Part shown: piece by piece, positions 18,144 to 27,340 of the stretch
Numbering within the stretch: the first letter of the stretch is position 1
Layout of the letters: each line of letters begins with the position of its first letter
Assembly: GCA_963663025.1 (NCBI GenBank)
Contig: OY760073.1
Span: forward strand, 937,354-1,001,353
Direction: 5' to 3'
Source of the DNA: Dehalococcoidia bacterium
GTDB taxonomy: Bacteria; Chloroflexota; Dehalococcoidia; Lucifugimonadales; JAGWBF01
DNA: 64,000 nt
Notes under the pieces: generated by a model
The model's database searches: none
What the model was told of the DNA's origin: nothing
Seen by the model: only the letters and a program-made list of their open reading frames with translations
Position numbers and translations under genes: made by a program

Positions 18144-18955
18144 ACGCCTGTGAACGCTGGGGAGAGATGGTCCGGCTGGAGCACGCCCAGTCAGAGGGCA
18201 TGCGCGGGGAACCGGCCCCCCAGGACTACTGGACCAACTACGCCCAGAACTTTGTCGCCGACCCTCGCCGCAACGATGATATCCTACTGGATACCCTCAG
18301 GCAGCAGGTCAAGCCTCACCACGTTGTGATGGACGTCGGAGCCGGGGCTGGCCGCTACGCTCTGCCCCTGGCAATGGTCTGTCGCGAGTTGGTGGCAGTG
18401 GAGCCTTCTGAAGCCATGGTTAATGCCCTGAGGGAACAGGCAGCCTCCGAAGGCCTGAGAAATATCACAGTGGTGCACTCCTCCTGGCAGGATGCCGAGT
18501 CGCCTTCCGTCGATATAGCCATCTGCTGCCATGTGATTTATACCGTTACCGACATAGATGTATTCTTGGATAAGCTGACCAGCCACGCCCGGAAGGTTAT
18601 CCTTGTGCTGTACGACAGCCCTCCTCAATCCCAGCTTCAGCGCGTGTGGCATGAGGTGCACGGGGAAGACAGGCTGCGCCTGCCAAGCCTGCCCGAGCTG
18701 AGGGAGGTGCTGGATGAGATGGGGATCGAAGCCCAAATCGAGCCTATTATGGTCAGGCCCTCCAGGGGATATTTGGACAAGGAGGGGGCCTTGTCACAGA
18801 TAGCTGAGAGGCTGTATATCGGGCCGGACGATGAGAAGATGGGCAGGCTGGAGAAGCTGCTGCCGGACCTGCTGGAGGAGCAGCAAGGTGAGCTGCGGGT
18901 GCGCGGGGCTCCCAACATGGTTCCCCACATGGTCTCGTGGGGGACGGCTGATTAG
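18140..18955 (+). CDS. class I SAM-dependent methyltransferase
   Basis: Motif I VMDVGAGAGRYALPLA. ATG 18140 overlaps the NHL stop (ATGA). Confidence 0.75.
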   Translation: MNACERWGEMVRLEHAQSEGMRGEPAPQDYWTNYAQNFVADPRRNDDILLDTLRQQVKPHHVVMDVGAGAGRYALPLAMVCRELVAVEPSEAMVNALREQAASEGLRNITVVHSSWQDAESPSVDIAICCHVIYTVTDIDVFLDKLTSHARKVILVLYDSPPQSQLQRVWHEVHGEDRLRLPSLPELREVLDEMGIEAQIEPIMVRPSRGYLDKEGALSQIAERLYIGPDDEKMGRLEKLLPDLLEEQQGELRVRGAPNMVPHMVSWGTAD

Positions 18956-19141
18956 CCTCATTTATCCATGAGCTTGGCTCCCATATGAAAAGGCAAGCGT
19001 TCGCCGCTACTCCAACCCAAGGCTGTTATATTTCGGACGATCCAAATGCACAGAACGCGATCTCGTCAGAATTGCTAGTGATACAGAGTATCGTAGGGTC
19101 AAATCTGCCCTCTGTCTCGCTCGTAGGCAGAAGGCAATTCC

Positions 19142-20899
19142 TTGAGAGAGGTCTGGTCTTTGGCATCGCAACCCGTTAATGAGAACGTCCGCTACGAGCC
19201 CAACGAAACTCCTCCCCATCCAATAACCATTGGGGCAGGCTTCCAGTCCGCTATGGTCATCGTGGCGCCGGTTGTCCTAACGGTGGTCATCGTGGCCCGT
19301 ATTGCGGACCAGCCCGATTCATACATTGAATGGGGCGCTTTCGCCGCACTGCTGGTCAGCGGAATCACCACGACGCTTCAGGCAGCTCGGTTGTGGCGCA
19401 TTGGGGCGGGCCACGTCCTGATCATGGGCACATCGGGCGCCTTTATCGCGGTCTGCGTAGCGGCCCTGGTTGAGGGCGGGCCCTCGACGATGGCCAGTCT
19501 GGTCGTCATCTCCTCGTTTTTCCAGTTCATGCTTGCGGCCCGTCTTTCCTTGCTCAGGCGGATATTCACGCCTGTAGTCTCCGGCACCGTGATCATGCTC
19601 ATTGCGGTAACGGTCATGCCCCTAATTTTCGACACTATGCGCGACGTTCCAGAGGATGCGTCGGATATGGCCGGGCCCATGGTGGTCCTGGCCACCCTCG
19701 TCACCGTGGCAATTCTCGTGCTGCGGGCTCCTCCGAGGCTGAGATTGTGGTCACCGGTAATAGGCATAGTCGTTGGCTGCGCGGTGTCAGCGCCTCTTGG
19801 GCTGTATGACCCCCAGAATATCCTTGACGCGTCATGGATTGGCGCTCCTATATCCGCCTGGCCGGGGGTCAACTTGGTGCCCGGCGTCGAGTTCTGGGCC
19901 CTTCTCCCTGCCTTCATCGTCGTTACTCTGGTCGGCGCGATTGAGACCATCGGCGATGGGGTCGCCATCCAGAGGGTGTCCCAGCGCAGACACAGGGCGA
20001 CTGACTTTCGGGTCGTTCAGGGCGCTCTCAATGCCGACGGTGTGGGCAACTTGCTGTCGGGCCTTGCGGGCACCCTCCCCAACACCACCTACTCGACCAG
20101 CATCTCCCTCGCCGAGGTCACCGGCATCGCCGCACGGAGGGTAGGCGTTGTCATCGGCGTTATCTTCCTTGTGGTGGCATTCGTGCCAAAGTTTTCGGCC
20201 TTGCTGATAGCCATTCCCTCTCCCGTAGCCGGGGCCTACCTTGTCCTACTTGTGGGAATACTCTTTGTGCAAGGGATGAAGATCGTCATTCAGGAAGGTG
20301 TCGACCACCGAAAGGCCGTTGTTGTGGGGCTGTCCTTCTGGATCGGCACGGCTTTCCAGAACGGCTGGATATTCCCCGATTTGCTGGGCGACGGGTTCCT
20401 GGGTGTGCTCCTTGGCAACGGGATGACGGCGGGCGCTCTCGTGGCCGTCATCCTGATGACTTTCCTGGAGATTACGGGCCCGAGACGGAGCAAACTGGAG
20501 ATCTCGTTGGATTCTGAGGCCCTGCCCGGATTGACGGAATTTGTGCGGGGATTCGCCTCCAAGTCCGGGTGGAACCGCTCTTCCACGGACCGACTGGTGC
20601 TGGTGGCCGAGGAGACCTTGACGAGCCTTCTTTCGGATGATGATGATGCAGAAGGGGACGGGCGTCGGCGACTGATCGTCACCGTCCGGAGAACAATGGG
20701 AGGAGCGGAGCTGGAGTTCGTGTCCGGAAGCGAGGGGGAAAACCTGGAAGACAGACTATCTTACCTGGGAGAGTCGCCGGACATTCCCGACGAACGGGAC
20801 GTGTCATTCCGACTGCTTCGACACTACGCGTCGTCGGTGCGCCATCAGAAATATCACGGTGTGGATGTCGTGACGGTCAGCGTCACCGGGTCGCGCTAG
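19142..20899 (+). CDS. NCS2 / xanthine-uracil permease-like transporter with an extra C-terminal cytoplasmic domain
   Basis: A multi-TM N-terminal region of about 440 aa resembles nucleobase:cation symporter-2 proteins. A soluble acidic tail of about 130 aa follows. The start (TTG 19142 or 19160) is uncertain. Confidence 0.6.
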   Translation: MREVWSLASQPVNENVRYEPNETPPHPITIGAGFQSAMVIVAPVVLTVVIVARIADQPDSYIEWGAFAALLVSGITTTLQAARLWRIGAGHVLIMGTSGAFIAVCVAALVEGGPSTMASLVVISSFFQFMLAARLSLLRRIFTPVVSGTVIMLIAVTVMPLIFDTMRDVPEDASDMAGPMVVLATLVTVAILVLRAPPRLRLWSPVIGIVVGCAVSAPLGLYDPQNILDASWIGAPISAWPGVNLVPGVEFWALLPAFIVVTLVGAIETIGDGVAIQRVSQRRHRATDFRVVQGALNADGVGNLLSGLAGTLPNTTYSTSISLAEVTGIAARRVGVVIGVIFLVVAFVPKFSALLIAIPSPVAGAYLVLLVGILFVQGMKIVIQEGVDHRKAVVVGLSFWIGTAFQNGWIFPDLLGDGFLGVLLGNGMTAGALVAVILMTFLEITGPRRSKLEISLDSEALPGLTEFVRGFASKSGWNRSSTDRLVLVAEETLTSLLSDDDDAEGDGRRRLIVTVRRTMGGAELEFVSGSEGENLEDRLSYLGESPDIPDERDVSFRLLRHYASSVRHQKYHGVDVVTVSVTGSR

Positions 20900-20953
20900 C
20901 GTCCCGCCGTCGTTCCGCGCGCGATTGTTCCCCCATAGAGGGCAGCCGCTGCC

Positions 20954-21637
20954 CTACTTGTGCGCCCTGAGCATGACCTTCTCCGCCTCCACGGGGAGTC
21001 CTTCATACCTTCGCCGGGAGTGGGAACCTAATACCTCTGCGTTGTGAAAGCCTGACCACTGGAGCATTTCCAGCAAAAACGGCCTGTTGGGAATGAGCCG
21101 GAGCTTTCCCGTGTGGCCGAAGCCCCGCATTAGCTGAGGGATCTCATCGTCTGAATTTGAGGCGGCAACCACGAACTCCATAATGGCCATACTGTTTGTT
21201 AGGGAAGCGACTCGGTCGAGGGCGTAGAAGGGATATTTCAGGTGATGGAAGACGGAGAGGAAGAGCACGATTTCGAAGGGGCCCGGACTCCCGGCTTTGC
21301 TGTCCTGGACATCCCATTCCCGGAAGTCCGCCCCGTGACCCAGTACCGATTTGATAAGGGCGAACTTCGCAGCCACATCTTTCCGTTGCTGGTTGTCCAA
21401 CCCCAGAACCGGAGAGGCGCCTCGTCGCCAAGCCTCGATGGCGTAAAATCCCTCGTTGCAGCCGATGTCCAGCAGGGAGCACCCTGTCAGGTCATCGGGC
21501 AGCTTCATCATGTCCAGTTTCTCTGTCAGGTGCGCGTAGGACCTCTTGCCGGGGGTGAACACGCCGTCACCCAAGGGTATGGAATGGTACCAGCGGTACT
21601 GCCCTATTAGATTCTTCGGGTCGTCTAGGGTGGTCAT
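20954..21637 (-). CDS. SAM-dependent methyltransferase (DUF1698 / CmoB-like)
   Basis: YRWYHSIPLGDGVFTPG followed by LLDIGCNEGFYAIEA. Confidence 0.7.
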   Translation of the reverse strand: MTTLDDPKNLIGQYRWYHSIPLGDGVFTPGKRSYAHLTEKLDMMKLPDDLTGCSLLDIGCNEGFYAIEAWRRGASPVLGLDNQQRKDVAAKFALIKSVLGHGADFREWDVQDSKAGSPGPFEIVLFLSVFHHLKYPFYALDRVASLTNSMAIMEFVVAASNSDDEIPQLMRGFGHTGKLRLIPNRPFLLEMLQWSGFHNAEVLGSHSRRRYEGLPVEAEKVMLRAHK

Positions 21638-21672
21638 TGTCCTGTCAAAGTGTTCAGCCTAAAGGGGCTGCT

Positions 21673-22902
21673 TTACATATCAAGAACGATGGTGGACCAG
21701 CCGAAGTCCCTTGCCCCGTAAGGCTCGCCGTTGTAAGGGTTGTAATACTCCCGGAACCCTCCCATTTCTATCAGCCTATGGCTCTTGGCAACGATGGTGT
21801 CAGCCAGGTCCGCGTATCCATGCCCCCTTAAGGCGTGGCTCAGGAACCAGTTGGTATTCATCCACGTCGGTCCCCGCCAGATGAATCCCCGGGGGTTCTC
21901 CGGGAAGAACCTGGGCTCGGAGGCGGATACCGAGGGCAGGGGATAGGGTAGCCAGAAGTGTTCCTCTGAGGTCACCAGCCCCTGGACAAGGCGTTTGGTT
22001 ATCTCAGCGGGCAGGTCGTCTAGTATCAGGGGCATGAGGGAGCTGATGGTGACGACCCTGACGACCTTCTCCTCCGCTCCGGACAGATCGAAGAAGGCCC
22101 CAGCCTCCTCGTCCCAGCATTTCTCCAGCAGGGCGTCCCTGGTCCTGTCGGCATCGTCCACGAACTCCCGGGAGTCCGCCCCTCCCTGCAGCATCCTCAC
22201 CAGCGCACGGAGGCCGAATACGTATATGGAGTTGAACAGCACATCCTCGAAGTTGAACAGGTCGGCAGCCAGTATCTTCAGATCGTCGTTCCTCATTGGC
22301 TCATAGGCTTCGTACAGTTTCCTCAGCTGGCGGATGAACCCCTGGTTGCTGAGCTCCTCAAGGCCCAGAGCCTCGTCGTACTTCGGAGAACAGTCGATTC
22401 CCGATTCCTCGGGCTGCAGGATGGACAGCAGACCATCCTTGTCAGGGTCCCGGTTGTTTCTGAGCCATCGGTAGTAGGACTTCAGGATGGGTAGGGCATA
22501 CCTCAGGAACTCTTCGTCGCCCGTAGCTTGGTACACCCGCTCTACCGCGTAGGCCAGTATGGGGGGCTGGACGGTGGAGCTGTAGTTGGATGTAGTGCGT
22601 CCCACCATGTTCCGGCTGAGAAACTCTTCCTTCTTCTCCTCTTCCCAGAAGGTGATGTGGGGAACGAATCCCGAAGGGAGAGCGGTTCCCAAGAGGGTGG
22701 TAAGCTCGGCCTTCGCCAGGTCCCGGTCCAAGTGAGTCAGCGCGATGGCGTGAAAGCAGGAGTCCCAGAACCATTGGAAGGGGTAGCCGCGTAGGGAGGG
22801 GCAGATGAAGGTGAACTCCTTGCCGTTCCATTCGGCCCTGCCCTGGCGCAGGTTGCCCATCAGGATACGACGGGCGCCTTCCTCTAATACACTACGGTCC
22901 AT
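21673..22902 (-). CDS. (alpha/alpha)6-barrel glycoside hydrolase (GH63-like / mannosyl- or glucosylglycerate hydrolase-like / amylo-alpha-1,6-glucosidase family)
   Basis: YPFQWFWDSCFHAIAL ... WRGPTWMNTNWFLSHAL ... FREYYNPYNGEPYGARDFGWS. Confidence 0.65.
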   Translation of the reverse strand: MDRSVLEEGARRILMGNLRQGRAEWNGKEFTFICPSLRGYPFQWFWDSCFHAIALTHLDRDLAKAELTTLLGTALPSGFVPHITFWEEEKKEEFLSRNMVGRTTSNYSSTVQPPILAYAVERVYQATGDEEFLRYALPILKSYYRWLRNNRDPDKDGLLSILQPEESGIDCSPKYDEALGLEELSNQGFIRQLRKLYEAYEPMRNDDLKILAADLFNFEDVLFNSIYVFGLRALVRMLQGGADSREFVDDADRTRDALLEKCWDEEAGAFFDLSGAEEKVVRVVTISSLMPLILDDLPAEITKRLVQGLVTSEEHFWLPYPLPSVSASEPRFFPENPRGFIWRGPTWMNTNWFLSHALRGHGYADLADTIVAKSHRLIEMGGFREYYNPYNGEPYGARDFGWSTIVLDM

Positions 22903-22944
22903 AGATTCTCCTACATCGGCGATGGTTTGCCTCGACTGGTTCCC

Positions 22945-24180
22945 CTAGCCGGTGGAACGGTACAACTCCAGGTAGCTTTTCGCAACCACGGGCCAAGAGA
23001 ACCTGCTAAGGGCGTAGGCACGTCCCTTTTCGCCCAGGTTTCTTCGCTTCTCCGGATTGCCGACCAGGTCCACCATGGCCTCCACAGCCGCGTCCAGGTC
23101 ACCCTTGGCGGTCACCACGCAACCCTGGACAAGTAGCTCCCTGTTGGCACCGACGTCGTTGGTGAGGACGGGAACGCCATTAGCCAGCGCCTCGAAATAG
23201 ACCAAGCCAAAGGCCTCGTACTCGGAATAGAGGACAAACACATCGCTCTCGGCGTACCACTGCTCCAGTTCCTCGTCGGAGGCTTCCCCGGCCAACAATA
23301 CCTCGTCCTGAAGACCCCACTCCCTGATTGTCCTGCGGATATCACGTTCCCTGCCCTCGTCCCTGCCTACGAGAACCAGCTCGGCGGGAACAGAAAAACA
23401 TTCCCGGGCCCTGCGGTACACCTCCAGGAGCCACATCTGTCCCTTATGATCGCCCAAACGGCCCACACAAAGAATGCGCACCTTGGACCGTTCGCCGCGG
23501 GTACTGAAGGACTTCCCAGTCTGTGCCGGGGGATGCACTCCCCAACCGATGACATCCAGCTTCTCTTCGGGTACCAGGTAGGCCTTCCCCACCTGCTCCC
23601 GCTCCATGCTAGTCAAGGCGACCACTTGGTCCACAGCACGACAGAGGGTAACGTTGAAGCACCGCAGCCATTGGCGCTTCAACGGCAGCACATGAAAGGA
23701 TGGGGTGAAGATGGTCCTGGCGCGCTTTCGCCCCCACCACCAGCACCACAGGTGGCCCCAGAACCAGCCGTCTCCGACGAAATGCATCACCGTGGGATTG
23801 AACTGTTTGACATATTTTTTAATCTGCAATGGGGAGAACCATACCAGAGGTACGGAGTAGATGGGCAGGGAGCGATGCGGGAAGCCCGACAAGCGCATGA
23901 TCTCGATCCCCTGGTCCGTGGTCTCGGTGTCCAGCCAGTCGGGATGGGGCACTCTTGGAAAGGCGTACTTGGTTGTAAGCACACCTACCTTTTCGACCTC
24001 GGGCACATTGAGATACTCGCCGGCCAGCCCTTCAATGGCCCTCTCTATGCCGCCCAGGTAGGGCCTGAAGTAGGGGGTCAGGAAGAGTACGCGAACTTTG
24101 CTGGGTGCGTCAGACAGGGAGTGCCGTCCTTTCGGGTCGTGGGCTGGGGCCTGGAGGGATGCTAGCCCTGGCCCTCTCAA
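22945..24180 (-). CDS. glycosyltransferase family 4
   Basis: VLFLTPYFRPYLGGIERA at the N-terminus and a C-terminal SEYEAFGLVYFEALANGVPVL (E-x7-E type) motif. The TTG start is uncertain. Confidence 0.8.
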   Translation of the reverse strand: MRGPGLASLQAPAHDPKGRHSLSDAPSKVRVLFLTPYFRPYLGGIERAIEGLAGEYLNVPEVEKVGVLTTKYAFPRVPHPDWLDTETTDQGIEIMRLSGFPHRSLPIYSVPLVWFSPLQIKKYVKQFNPTVMHFVGDGWFWGHLWCWWWGRKRARTIFTPSFHVLPLKRQWLRCFNVTLCRAVDQVVALTSMEREQVGKAYLVPEEKLDVIGWGVHPPAQTGKSFSTRGERSKVRILCVGRLGDHKGQMWLLEVYRRARECFSVPAELVLVGRDEGRERDIRRTIREWGLQDEVLLAGEASDEELEQWYAESDVFVLYSEYEAFGLVYFEALANGVPVLTNDVGANRELLVQGCVVTAKGDLDAAVEAMVDLVGNPEKRRNLGEKGRAYALSRFSWPVVAKSYLELYRSTG

Positions 24181-24263
24181 GGTGTCAAGGCAGCGGTGAT
24201 TCGTAGCCGAAGATAGGTCCTGGTGCTAGAATGCGGGCACTAGAGAGGGTTGGAGGGGCGGGA

Positions 24264-24950
24264 ATGGAAGGCAAGATCATACTGGCGGGGGGCGATGAGT
24301 TTCGCAGGGACTGCGTCTCCATGGACAGGCACATCCTATCCTCCTTCGCTAAGGACCGGCCCCGGGTGCTCATTGTCCCCACGGCCGCCGTTACCGGTCC
24401 TCAGAAGGCCGCGAATGATGGGGTGGTGCATTTCTCCGGCCTGGGAGCGGATGCCTCAAGCCTGATGGTCCTGGAACCGGGGGATGCCAACGATGAACGC
24501 TTGGCTGGCCAGGTACTGGACTGCGATGTTGTATATTTCACCGGAGGGAGCCCCGACCATCTGTTATCGGCTTTGAAGGGGTCCAAGCTCCTTGCCAACC
24601 TTCACGCCGCCTTGGAAAAGGGGGCAGTGGTTGGGGGATCCAGCGCCGGAGCCATGGTCATGGGCTCCAGGATGCGTCGGCCCAGGATGGGAGAATGGGT
24701 CGAGGCGCTGGGCACCGTCCCGGGACTTGCCGTGCTGCCTCACCACGAACGAAGCGATCCGGCTGCTGTATCCAGGGAGCTTGAGGGCAGCGCGCCTGAA
24801 GGGTTGATGTTCCTGGGTATCGACGCCCAGTCGGGCTGCTTTGGGAGGCCAGGTAGTTGGCAGGCGGTAGGTCCGGGTAAGGTGACCCTCTACAAGGATG
24901 GGGCCTGGGAGGTGTTCTCCGAGGGAGAGAAGCTGCCCCCGGGCATCTAG
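24264..24950 (+). CDS. peptidase S51 family (cyanophycinase / peptidase E-like, class I amidotransferase-like fold)
   Basis: MEGKIILAGGDEF...VLIVPTAA...VYFTGGSPDHLL...VVGGSSAGAMVMG. Confidence 0.7.
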   Translation: MEGKIILAGGDEFRRDCVSMDRHILSSFAKDRPRVLIVPTAAVTGPQKAANDGVVHFSGLGADASSLMVLEPGDANDERLAGQVLDCDVVYFTGGSPDHLLSALKGSKLLANLHAALEKGAVVGGSSAGAMVMGSRMRRPRMGEWVEALGTVPGLAVLPHHERSDPAAVSRELEGSAPEGLMFLGIDAQSGCFGRPGSWQAVGPGKVTLYKDGAWEVFSEGEKLPPGI

Positions 24951-25660
24951 GCCGGGTGGGAGTCCCCCGTCAGGTACTCCTCAACTTCCCGCAGGTCTTT
25001 GAAGGAATCGACGCTTCGCCAGAAAGCCCTGGAGCGGTGGGCGCTCAGCCGTGTTTCCAGGGCCAGCTCCGGGAAGGTTGAAGTCTCGTGGTCTCCGAGC
25101 TCAGGCAGGCGGTCTTCGATGCTCCTGGAGAACACGTAAATGCCGCCATTTATCCAGTAGGGGAGCTGCACCTTCTCCCTGAACCCTTCCACATCGTTGC
25201 GCTGGGTTATATCCACCAGGCCGTAGGGGCTGATGAATGGGACCACCATGATGGTCGCCAGGTGGGAGGGGTCAGCCTTGACCTTCTCTTCAAAGGAGCC
25301 GGTGAGGACGCTAATGGGCTCGGCGGTGATGATGTCGCCGTTGGTTATGATGAAGGAGCGCTCGGATTCGGGAATGCACCCAATGCCCTTGCGGATGGCG
25401 CCTCCCCTGCCCAAGGGATTGTCCTCAACCGAGTAGTGGATCCGCACGCCAAAGGAAGAGCCGTCGCCGAAGTAGTCCCTGATGGCTTCCCAGCGATACC
25501 CGGCCAGGAACACCACATCGGAGACTCCCCCCTCCTTAAGCCACTGAATCTGGTGCCAGATGACGGGCTTTCCATCCACAGGGACCATGGGCTTGGGAAC
25601 GGTATCGGTCAGCGGCCTTAGCCTTTCGCCTCTGCCCCCTGAAAGTATCAGTGCATACAT
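24947..25660 (-). CDS. sugar-phosphate nucleotidyltransferase (NTP-transferase)
   Basis: MYALILSGGRGERLRPLTDTVPKPMVPV signature (GxGxRLxPLT...KP). Confidence 0.85.
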   Translation of the reverse strand: MYALILSGGRGERLRPLTDTVPKPMVPVDGKPVIWHQIQWLKEGGVSDVVFLAGYRWEAIRDYFGDGSSFGVRIHYSVEDNPLGRGGAIRKGIGCIPESERSFIITNGDIITAEPISVLTGSFEEKVKADPSHLATIMVVPFISPYGLVDITQRNDVEGFREKVQLPYWINGGIYVFSRSIEDRLPELGDHETSTFPELALETRLSAHRSRAFWRSVDSFKDLREVEEYLTGDSHPA

Positions 25661-25980
25661 TGGTTAGCTGTCGTGAAGGTGCCCTGTAGTGGGTCCGGCT
25701 TTCGACTCTGGAGGTGAAAATACTATAGCTTTCCTCAACAACTTCAGTCAAACCAACTAGTTGACCCCGAATATGGGAGAAGTTATTGGGACATATGCGC
25801 GAAGATGCAGCCTTGGATGCCGTGTAAGAATGTTGAGTTACCAGTATTGTCTGGAAATATGCAGATGCATCCGGCAGAATGATGATTGGTCCCGCCGGTT
25901 CGGAAAGCGGCGGGGGCCGAATTGGAAGAGCTGGAACTCAACTGAGCGAACGTTTACACCCTGTGCTATTGACTACGACA

Positions 25981-27117
25981 ATGAGTCATATTGAGTTGGT
26001 GAGTTCGGAATCACGCCTGGTTGAAGTAATAGGCCACATTTCGAATGAGCCACGAGTTGCAGTTGACTCCGAGTCCAACGGGTTCTTCAGATATCACGAG
26101 CGTGTCTGCCTCGTGCAGCTCTCATCGGGCGATACCGCCTTCCTTGTCGACCCATTTGCGATAGAAGACCTCCGACCTCTTGGAGAGCTTCTTGGTGATC
26201 TATCGGTGGAGAAGGTTTTCCATGCGGGCGACAATGACATTCGTAGTTTTGACCGGGACTGGGGCTTTCGGGTGAACAATGTTTTCGACACCAGTATTGC
26301 CGCATCCCTCGTCGGCTCCCAGCAGCTAAGCTTGCAGGCTGTTGTTGAGGAGTACGTGGGGGTAAAGCTGGAGAAGCGTCGAAACCTCCAAAGGTCAGAC
26401 TGGACAAAGCGGCCCTTAAGTCCTGAATCGATGACGTACGCTGCCAGCGACGTCCTGCATCTCCCGAAGGCTCGAGAAGAGCTATTAGCGCGACTAACAG
26501 AACTATCGAGGCTCTCGTGGGCGAAAGAGGAATTCGAACATCTGGAGAGCGTCCGATACACTCCTCCCGACCGCGAATTGGCTTTCTTTTCTATTAAGGG
26601 CAGCCGCAATCTGGACGGGAGGGGTTTGGCTGTACTACTAGCTCTGTGGCAATTTCGCGAAAAAGAAGCCAAACGCCTCGACCGCCCCGTCTTCAAAGTC
26701 ATGGGAGATTCTGTGCTGGTCGAACTGGCGTCCAACCCCACGGCTGAACTTTCGACGATCAAGGGACTGGGACGATTCGGCCGCCCACCCGACGATAGGG
26801 TCCTGAGACGGGCAATCAATACAGGAGTCAAGTCCGGCCCTGTCACACGTCCGATTAGGACGCTGCATCGGGCGCCATTGAGTGTGGCGGACCGAGAGAG
26901 AGCCAGAGATCGATTGAAGACTCTCAAGAAATGGCGCGGCCAACTAGGCCAGGACCTAGGGTTGGACCCAAGTCTGTTGTGGCCGGCTGCCAGTTTGGAA
27001 CGACTATCTCAGCACCCTGATAGCTTGCAAACAGAACTTGCCAGTACCGATGTTAGGAACTGGCAGAAGGGTGAGTTCGGTTCGGCCCTGAAGAAAGTGC
27101 TTACAACTCTGAAGTAA
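25981..27117 (+). CDS. rnd: ribonuclease D (DEDDy 3'-5' exonuclease plus HRDC)
   Basis: VAVDSESNGFFRYHERVCLVQL...HAGDNDI...YAASDVLHL. ATG 25981; the upstream 34 codons of the track ORF are rejected. Confidence 0.8.
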   Translation: MSHIELVSSESRLVEVIGHISNEPRVAVDSESNGFFRYHERVCLVQLSSGDTAFLVDPFAIEDLRPLGELLGDLSVEKVFHAGDNDIRSFDRDWGFRVNNVFDTSIAASLVGSQQLSLQAVVEEYVGVKLEKRRNLQRSDWTKRPLSPESMTYAASDVLHLPKAREELLARLTELSRLSWAKEEFEHLESVRYTPPDRELAFFSIKGSRNLDGRGLAVLLALWQFREKEAKRLDRPVFKVMGDSVLVELASNPTAELSTIKGLGRFGRPPDDRVLRRAINTGVKSGPVTRPIRTLHRAPLSVADRERARDRLKTLKKWRGQLGQDLGLDPSLLWPAASLERLSQHPDSLQTELASTDVRNWQKGEFGSALKKVLTTLK

Positions 27118-27259
27118 GGTGCTTCACAACAACGCCTTGCGCCTTTAACGGGCACTTAGCCCAATGTGTAGAAGAGTGCCAATTCTCCGCGGAGAGTCTC
27201 TTCTGAGTGGAGCCCGTACGCAACCGCTCACAAGCAAGAACCCTGGCTGGTTTCGCTAA

Positions 27260-27289
27260 TTGACAGAGCAAACGCACATGGCCTAACCT
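27260..27289 (+). promoter_or_regulatory. candidate sigma70-type promoter (TTGACA-18-TAACCT)
   Basis: TTGACA at 27260-27265 and TAACCT at 27284-27289, about 50 nt upstream of ATG 27341. Confidence 0.3.
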
Positions 27290-27340
27290 CCTAGCGAAAC
27301 GCTGGTATGACACCAATACGTTCTTGGGAGGTAGCACGCT

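Noticed and set aside
20936-20957. Inverted repeat AGGGCAG-CCG-CTGCCCT between the permease and the convergent methyltransferase, considered as a bidirectional terminator.
   Set aside because: The stem is only 7 bp with a 3-nt loop. It overlaps the methyltransferase stop codon and has no U/A tracts, so the support is too weak.
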